DNA of 63,497 nt, filler included, from Reclinomonas americana ATCC 50394 (Eukaryota): the NCBI GenBank assembly GCA_048213135.1. It is 11 parts of 11 records of this genome, joined end to end, with 100 filler letters (N's around TTAATTAATTAA, not from the genome) between each part and the next. Parts side by side here need not be neighbours in the genome. Positions count along the whole stretch, not along the records: positions 49,153 to 61,643 come from AFZH01022029.1; positions 61,744 to 63,497 come from AFZH01022043.1; 9 more parts are not named here. The stretch is one strand, 5' to 3'. A model generated the notes under the pieces. That model made no database searches, was not told where the DNA came from, and was given only the letters and a program-made list of their open reading frames with translations. The translations under genes and the position numbers were made by a program. Within the stretch, counting starts at the first letter, position 1, and each line of letters opens with the position of its first letter. Below, in pieces: positions 56,001-63,497 of the stretch.

Positions 56001-59000
56001 CAGCTTTCGAGCCTCACCATCACCGGCTCTGCTGCATCCATGGTGCTGCAGTCGTCGTCGGTGACACTGAGTGTTACCGGCACAACTCTGGTTCAGTCGC
56101 AAGCGCAGCTGGACATTGGCGGCTCCACGCTCGATTCGGCTATCCTCACGTTGAACGGCGCCAACTCGCAATTCATCTGCGCCGCGTCGGGCACCGTGTC
56201 ACTCGCCACCTTGAACCTGCAAGCTGGTTTCCTCAACGGCAACTGCACCGTGTCTGTGTCTGATGCGTTCAGCGCGTCGCCGATTAGTGGCGGTATGTCT
56301 GGCGGCATTCTTCAGGGACTGTTGGCGCTTCGCGTCGCCGGCACCACCGTCATTTCCGCGCCGGTACTCACGGCGCAGTTGGGTGTCACCATGACTCTGA
56401 CTGGGCCGGTCAGCACTGTCGGTCCAACGGTCACACTCAGTGGCACGTCGTCGACCTTCCAGGTCACCAACACCACACTCTCCGTACCGGCTTCGTCTTC
56501 ATTTACTGTTTCGGGTTCGTTTACTGTACGCAATTCGACGCTGAGTATCGCCAACAGTGGTCAGCTCACACTGGCCGGCGGTTGCTTCCTCGGACAATTA
56601 TCGACGATCAACATGGCCACCTCTGCCGCTCTGACCATCAGCAACGGTTTCACGTGCACCATCAACTCGCAGATTACCAGCAACTCGAATACGGGCACAG
56701 TGCTGCAAGTTACTGGCGCCGGCACGTCTGTGGTGGCGTCCTCGTTTGCCCGAGTCTTTGTCGGCAGCTTGCAAGTCAGCTCTGGCGCGCAACTGTCTGT
56801 GCAGTCGGTGTTGAACGTCAGCAACGCTCTGGTGTTGTCGCAACAGAGTACTGTGGCTTGCGGTGCTGGCTGCGGTTTGGTGACCACCGATGGCGGCCTT
56901 GCGCTGTCGCAGAGTAGTTCGTTGACGGTGTCGAATGGTGGTTCGCTGACGATTGCCACCAATACGACTGTGGCCACGAATTCCACAGTCATCGTGTCGG
57001 CCAACTTGGTCAGCTTTGGAAACACAGTGGTAGCAGATGGCACAGGCTCGCAAATCGCCGTGCAATCGGGTGCCACGGTGACTTCGACTGCGTACGAATT
57101 GGCGAGCTTGAGCGTCTCGAATGGTGCCTCTGTGACGTTTGGTGGTTCGGCCAAGAATGTGGTCATTGGCGCGCTGCTGGCACTCAGTGGCGGTCAGTTT
57201 GTGGCCCCGCTTGGGCGCAATATTACTGTCACGGGCTCGGTGGCACTGCGCAATGGCTCCCTGCTGTACCAGGACACGGTCACCTTCCAGCCGACGCTGG
57301 TGTGGGAGGGCGGTCAACTCGGAGGCAGCACTGCCAACACTGCCATTTTGCAGCAAGGCATGAGTGTGACCGGAGGTGCTTCGAAGACGCTGTCGTTTGC
57401 GCAGCTGAAGAATCTGGCCACGATGACTCTGTCGTCTTCGGTGCCGGTGTCCATGGTCGGCAACTGTACAGTTATCAATCCAACCAATTCGGTTTTCAAC
57501 TGCGTGCAAGGCGGTTTCACGCAGTCCGACACGGGCACTACGAGTTCGCTGCAGAGCCCTGGCGGCCTGGTCACCAAGACCGGCACCGGCTCGTGTCGTC
57601 TCGATTTCAGTCTGTACAGCACAAGTCAAGTGACGGTGACTGGTGGCAGCCTCACCATCAGTGGTGCGCTGACGCTGGACAACGGGTCCTCGTTGAGCAT
57701 GACGAACTCCGGTTCCCAACTCACGCTTCTCGGCAGTGGTATCATTGGGCAGAGTACGGTCACCACGGCCACTGGTACGCTCTTCCAGATTGCCGCCTCC
57801 GTCAGTGGCTCTACATTCGTGTTCAATGCCGGTTCGTCGGCTGTTTTCAACGGTCCTATTGTGCTGGCTGGTGCCTCCACCACCGTTCTCGGTAACTTCC
57901 AGTCGTTCTCCGCCTTGACGGTGGCTGGTGGTCAGATCGAGTTTGGCAATTTCGGCTCCGCGAGTTCGCTCAACGTCAATGTCACTGGCACACTGCTTGT
58001 GCAGTCTGGCATTCTCCGAGTGACGACGAACTTTGCCAGCAGCGCCAACATCACCATCGGCTCCGATACAGTCATTGGTGGTGAGACCGGTATTCTGGAG
58101 ATTGCCGCGGGCTCGACGCTCACCTCTTTCGGACCCGATGTCAGTATCTTGACCAGTGGTATCCTCAACATCAACACCGCCGGTGGCAATCTCAACCTTG
58201 GCACCTTGCTGGTGCGCGGAACCATTTCCTACAATGGTGGTTCTACGCTGGCGCTGCAGCAGCTCATCCTCGACGGCGGCATTCTGACCTCCACTGCCGT
58301 GATCAACATCAATTCACTCTTCCAGTGGCTCTCCGGCACTGTACTGGGCAGCGGCAATCTGGTGTCGACCAATCAGGCGTCTCTCTCTGGCGATGGACTC
58401 AAGTTCCTCGACACTCGCTCGGTCATTTTGCAAAACACGGCCACGTGGTCGGGCACCGGGCAGGTGTACCTGCGTAACGGTGCCACGCTGCAAGTTGGCG
58501 TCGGCAGCACACTCACGGTGTCGTCTACTGGCGGCACTGGTACGCCCACCGGCACGGCTGGTGCTGGCTGTGCATTTGTGAGCATGGGTACTACAATTGT
58601 GTCGCTGCCGACGGCGTCGTCCACGATTCCGCTCTCGGCTCCGTTCAAGTTGCAAGGTTCAGCAGCGAAACTGGTTCTGCAGCGCGGCGTCATGGCTTTC
58701 AACGGTCTCGGTCAGCTGATCAACCTTGGTGGCGTGGTGCAAATGAATGGACAGACCGTTTCGACGGCCAACGGCGCAACGGTCGACATCGAGTCGGGCA
58801 CACTTGTTGGACCCGGCGTTGTGGTTGGTCAGCTGCAGATTGCCGGCAACGCGACGTTGGATCCAGTTGGCCAGCTGCAAGTGACGGGTAGCGTGTTCCT
58901 GTCGGCGGGATCGACGCTGCAGGTTGACGTCATTGACAGTACCAACTATGCCGTGCTCAACGTTATCGGCAACGCCACTCTGGCTGGCACGCTGGATGTC

Positions 59001-61643
59001 AATGTCAACTTGACGACGTTCAACTCGCAGATTCCTGGTCAGCAGCTCTCTGTGGTCCGCTACTCCCAGGCGTTTGGCGCGTTCAGCCGCGTGAAGAACT
59101 GCGGCGGCTTCCTCACTGCCGAGCAGCAAGTCAACAACTTTGTGTTTACCACCGTTGCCAACTTTACGCTGTCGACCGTGTATGTGGCGCAGACCGGAAA
59201 CGACGCCACGTGCTGTGGGCAGCAGTCGTTACGTAGCGTCACACTCACTTGCTCATTTTGTTCTCTTCCGTTTCCATTTCATTTGCTCACGACGTTCTCT
59301 TTCATTCTCGTGTACACAGGAACCCGTGCAAGACTCTGCGATTCGGTATTGAGACGACCAACGATGGGCGCACGCTGAGTGTCGGACCTGGCTTGTACAA
59401 CACGCCAGACGATTGTCAGTTGTCTGTCACTTCGGCTATCACTGTGGCCGGCGCAGGCCCTGGGCAGACGGTGGTGGACTGTCAGGGCGCTGGTCCGGCG
59501 TTTACTTTGGACGTTGGAGCCACTCGCTCCACGGTGGTGACAGGCTTCACCATTCAGAACGCCATGGCCACGCAGGGTGGCGGCATGCTTATTCGCAGCA
59601 CGGCATCACCGACGGTGCGTAACGTGCAGTTTATCAACAACTCCGCCTCCGGCAACGGTGGCGGCGCCATGGCGATTGTGGATACGGCTGCGCCGCTGGT
59701 GGACACTGTGTCGTTCTCTGGAAATCGTGCTGTGGCCGGCAACGGCGGTGCACTTCTTGTCAGCAGCACCGCCAACAACACGGTGGTCACTGGCTGCACG
59801 TTCTCCAACAACACGGCACTGACGGGCTTTGGTGGCGCAATCTACGACACTGGTGCATCGGCGACCTATGTGTCGCTGACTGTGCAGAATAACCGAGCAC
59901 AGTACGGCGGTGGTGTTGCGTTTGCGCAGTCGCGCTCCAGCGTCCAGTCGCCGACGGCGATTTCCAGCAACATTGCGTCGTTGAGCGGTGGTGGTCTCTA
60001 CTTTGTCGGCTCCACTACCTCGCTGACGGGCGTGACGCTGTTCAACAACACGGCTCAAGGCCAACTGTACTCGGACACATCGGTGCAGGGTGGTGGTGGT
60101 GCCTTCTTCAGCGGCGGCAGCGACACATTCAGCGGCTTCACGCTCAACCAGAACTCGGCTGTGTACGGTGGAGGCTTTGTGGTTTCCGACAGCGGTAACT
60201 CGCGTATCCTCGGCCTCTCCTCCTCCTCGCTGTCGCAAGTGACCAGCAACAGAGCCACGACTGGAGCCGGCGGCCTCGTGTTCCGCTCACAGCCTGTGGT
60301 GTCGCAAGTCAACTTTTCCGGCAACACAGCCTCGCTTACAGGTGGCGGTTTGCAACTCGATCTCACTAACGGCACCGTCAATGCGGTGAGTAATTCGTAT
60401 TGTGCAGAGTTCATGTTGTGTGGTGAATACTTTGCTCATGTGTTGTTGTTGTCGTCATGCAGTGCTCGTTCTCAAGCAATTCGGCCGTCGCCGGTGGTGG
60501 CGTGTACGTGCAGCGGCAGACGTCGGTGACTCCAACAATTCCCACAGTGTTGATCCAAACTTGCACGTTCAGCGGTAACCGTGCTGTCACTGGCGCGTCG
60601 TCGAATTCGGCTGGTGTGACGACGGCTGGAGGTGACATTGGTGCCGCGAGTGCACAACTCTCCGTGTCTGGATGCTCCATGCAACAGGGCGGCAGCACTG
60701 GCACCGGCGGCTCGATTTCAATCACGCGCAGCACCATTGCCACGATCACAGGATCCACTATCACTGGCTCCACGGCCACCAGCAATGGCGGCGGTGTAGA
60801 AGTGTCGGTGTCATCTACATTGACGGTGGTGGGCGGCACTATCTCCGGCAGCAAGTCGACCGGTGCTGGCGGCGGTGGTATCTACGTGTCCGCCTCCACG
60901 GTGAATCTCAGTGGTGGCCTGACGATTACCTCTTCGTCGGCCACGCAAGGTGGCGGCGTGTACCTGGTGAGTGCCACTGCGCAGCTGTTGCAGGTGACAC
61001 TCTCTAGCAACTCGGCCATCACTTCCGACGAGTCGCAAGGCGGCGGCATTTACTCGGTGTCGTCGGTGATCACGGCCTCGTCGGTGACGCTCACCGGTAA
61101 CTCGGCGCCTGTCACCGGAGGAGCCGGGCATATTATCGCCTCCAAGTTCACGCTGCAGGGCGCGTCCGTGCTGTCGACGAACAGCGCTCCCAACGGCGGC
61201 GCCTTCTTCCTCGATTCCACCACATTCACCGTGTCGAATGCTCAATTCACCTCCAACACGGCGTCTTCCGGCAATGGCGGTGCACTGTACGCTGTGTTGT
61301 CGCGGCTGTCGTTGACGTCAGTGTCTCTCGGCTCGAATACGGCTGTCAATGGCCGCGGTGGCGCCCTGTTTTGCCTCTCTGGCTCTCAAATGGACATTAG
61401 CGGCTCTGGAACACCGAGCACTTTCTCGAGCAACAAGGGCACGGTCGCCGGTGGCGCGCTCTACTTTGAGTCTTGCCCGGCGACTGTGAGTGGTGCAACG
61501 TTTACCAGCAACTCGGCACAGGCTGGTGGTGCGGTGTACGCGTTCAGCAGCACGTCACTTGCGGTCTCTGGGAGCACCTTCAACAAGAACACGGCCGTCG
61601 ACCGCGGAGGCGGCCTGGCCATCGACACACTCTCGACGGTCAC
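41166..61643 (+). CDS. Giant multi-exon S/T/G/V/A-rich secreted beta-helix surface protein (across three gaps; 3' truncated)
   Basis: Hydrophobic leader IVLLMCFVVLVTVSLATHALA, then WGGGSGDWQVGTNWVGGNAP; long beta-strand repeats; C-terminal YVAQTGND..CG..SNPCKTL and Pmp-like GGA(I/L/V)/FxxN repeats. Single-gene status across the gaps is inferred. Confidence 0.8.
44215..44298. repeat. (TG)n microsatellite in the repeated intron
   Basis: About 42 TG units; equivalent (GA)n(TG)n tracts at about 46057-46119 and 46935-47020. Confidence 0.97.
46179..46278. other. Artificial linker/gap
   Basis: 44 N + TTAATTAATTAA + 44 N. Confidence 0.99.
47646..47745. other. Artificial linker/gap
   Basis: 44 N + TTAATTAATTAA + 44 N. 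Confidence 0.99.
49053..49152. other. Artificial linker/gap
   Basis: 44 N + TTAATTAATTAA + 44 N. Confidence 0.99.
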
Positions 61644-61743
61644 NNNNNNNNNNNNNNNNNNNNNNNNNNNNNNNNNNNNNNNNNNNNTTAATTAATTAAN
61701 NNNNNNNNNNNNNNNNNNNNNNNNNNNNNNNNNNNNNNNNNNN
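61644..61743. other. Artificial linker/gap
   Basis: 44 N + TTAATTAATTAA + 44 N. Confidence 0.99.
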
Positions 61744-62019
61744 TCCAGCACCCACTCACCACTGTCGTCGTGCAGCCTCGCACAGCGCGGTGGCCACCCG
61801 TACTTTTTCGTCCGTGCCAATGCCAACAACGTGTATGATCTCGACGTGGCACGCGAGGTGCGCGCGCGCCAGTTCTTTTTTCTGTTCACAACATGCATCC
61901 AGCTCTTCCTCATGCGCTACCCCTCTACAGACGCTCTCACAAGCCTGGCAAGTATACCGCGAGCGTGCAGACAGATGGACGCGCGAGAATGCCTCACAAT
62001 GAAGCGAATAGTGAATTAA
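61744..62019 (+). CDS. Possible 3' end of an unidentified eukaryotic gene
   Basis: Open frame GGHPYFFVRANANNVYDLDVARE...LFLMRYPS...KRIVN*, possible short in-frame intron from 61858. Confidence 0.3.
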   Translation, partial: SSTHSPLSSCSLAQRGGHPYFFVRANANNVYDLDVAREVRARQFFFLFTTCIQLFLMRYPSTDALTSLASIPRACRQMDARECLTMKRIVN

Positions 62020-62282
62020 TCGCCGGGGTTTCCCCTGATTGTTGCGGGAAGAGAACGCGAGCACCATTCACACGCTACACACGCATCGTCGCCCCCCTTC
62101 GCGCCAACGCAAGGTGAGTGTGTCGAAGTGTTTTAGATTGACGTGTGCAACCGCACGCACGTGCTCGACACAGCGAGAAGCAGTCGACTGTGTGTAAATG
62201 TGCGTCAAAGTGCCCAAGTCGACATGTCCGGCCTCACGAGTTTCCCTCCCTCTCTCTCTCTCCCGTTTTTCTTGCAGTCGGA

Positions 62283-63497
62283 ATGCCGCTGCTCGACAAG
62301 AAGACTGTCGACTTGGAGGTCAGTGTCTGCAAGCACACACGTGTGCCTCTTGCATGCACGACAGAGAGCAGTCGAAGTGGATTTTACATGCGTTGTGTAC
62401 AGGCTCCGCCGGCCGATCTGCAGCCGCAGGATGAGGTGTTTGTGTTTCGGCCGACCAGAGAGGCCTTTACGGACTACGAGTTGCGACAGTGACCGCCAGA
62501 CACGCTCTCCTCTCTCGTGCATGTGGAGTTGTCTCACTCATCGCATGCACATTGGCAGAGAGTTTGCCGACAAGGTCATGCAGTACCTGCTGCCGCAGTG
62601 GGAATGCGCCGTCAGTGGCCGCAATAAGCTGTCGTTTCTCGACGCCATGCTGTCGGAGCAGCGTGAGCGTGCGAAGTTGCAGTCGTTCCCGCCCGCACCG
62701 CTCGACGAGGTCTTCGCTCGGTTCCTCTTTGCCAGTTGAGGCGACTTGGTGTTCCTGCTGCAGTCGCTCCCTCCATGTCCTTTCGCTTTACTCATGCACG
62801 TGTTTCTCTGCGTGTCTGTGTGTGACAACCCCAGACAAGCACTGCAGCATCACGAAAATCTCGAATGAGCTGACGGAGCTGTGTGGTGCCGTGTGCTTTC
62901 CGGGCGAGAAGGTGCAGCAGGCTGTCAATCGGAAAGAGTTTTGTGTCCTTGGCGCTGCATGAGCACGTGTGTGAGAGAGAGGGAAGAGCATCTGTGTGAC
63001 TCATGTGTGCACACAGAGAGTACGAGATTCTGCGGCCGCTGAAGACGGAGCGCGAGTTCGACCCCGACGACGAATCTGTTATGGCGATCCGCGACGTGTT
63101 GCAGAGTGTGGATGCCGAGCACCCACCGGCGTTCTACGCCGTGCGATCGTTGGGTGACAAGTCGCTGACTTGCGTCCGCGGTGGTGCCCACGTGGTGTTG
63201 CGTCTGCATGCGTGGTCTGTTGTGTGTGGTGAGTATTCACTGGACCGCGTCGCAGGCGACCATTCAAGCTGCCCAAGGCAGCCGTCCAGCGATGGGTACG
63301 CTCTCATGTGTACGATCCGAGTGTCACCACAAAGCCGGTGTCGGCCGACGAAGCCAGTGATCGTGCTCTGGCCCTCACACGCGACATTTGTGACAAATTT
63401 GACTTGCCATTCGTGCCGCCACCCACTGCACCGCCGCGCAAGAAGCGCACGGTTAGTGGACACTCGTTTGCGACCTACCTCGACGCGACCGCTGGAG
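62283..63497 (+). CDS. WAC-domain chromatin-remodelling subunit (ACF1/BAZ1A/Itc1-like), multi-exon, 3' end beyond window
   Basis: Spliced exons 62283-62318, 62403-62479 and 62559-62734 give MPLLDKKTVDLEAPPADLQPQDEVFVFRPTREAFTDYEEFADKVMQYLLPQWECAVSGRNKLSFLDAMLSEQRERAKLQSFP, matching the ACF1/BAZ1A N-terminal WAC pattern. Confidence 0.88.

Overview
This window is not one molecule. It is 11 sequence blocks joined by ten identical 100-bp artificial linkers (44 N + TTAATTAATTAA + 44 N). Blocks 1-4 (1-32970) are GC-rich, gene-dense bacterial DNA that looks alphaproteobacterial. They hold: (i) an efflux/stress cluster (two TetR regulators, two RND pumps, MarR-FUSC-DUF1656-HlyD, MFS, P-type ATPase, AI-2E, USP); (ii) an FtsH/M41-like protease + metallophosphoesterase + DUF6634-like module; (iii) a Cas-less Tn7-like operon. 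That operon is atypical. A hairpin-dense non-coding tract of about 700 nt precedes a 100-aa ORF resembling the TnsB catalytic beta-strands and a catalytically degenerate TnsA paralog, followed by intact tnsA-tnsB-tnsC and a TniQ with tandem HTH-like repeats. This is my best candidate for an undescribed system. Blocks 5-11 (33071-63497) are from an intron-rich, compact-genome eukaryote, probably a protist. They hold a CCR4/nocturnin-type EEP gene, two paralogous STE/MAP3K-like kinases, a coiled-coil gene, a giant (about 6000 visible codons) bacterial-style beta-helix surface protein built partly from 1.8-kb exon-intron tandem repeats, and an ACF1/BAZ1A-type WAC-domain gene. Many of these introns use a shifted GTTGCGT-type donor. 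All calls are by eye from motifs; no database search or folding calculation was run.
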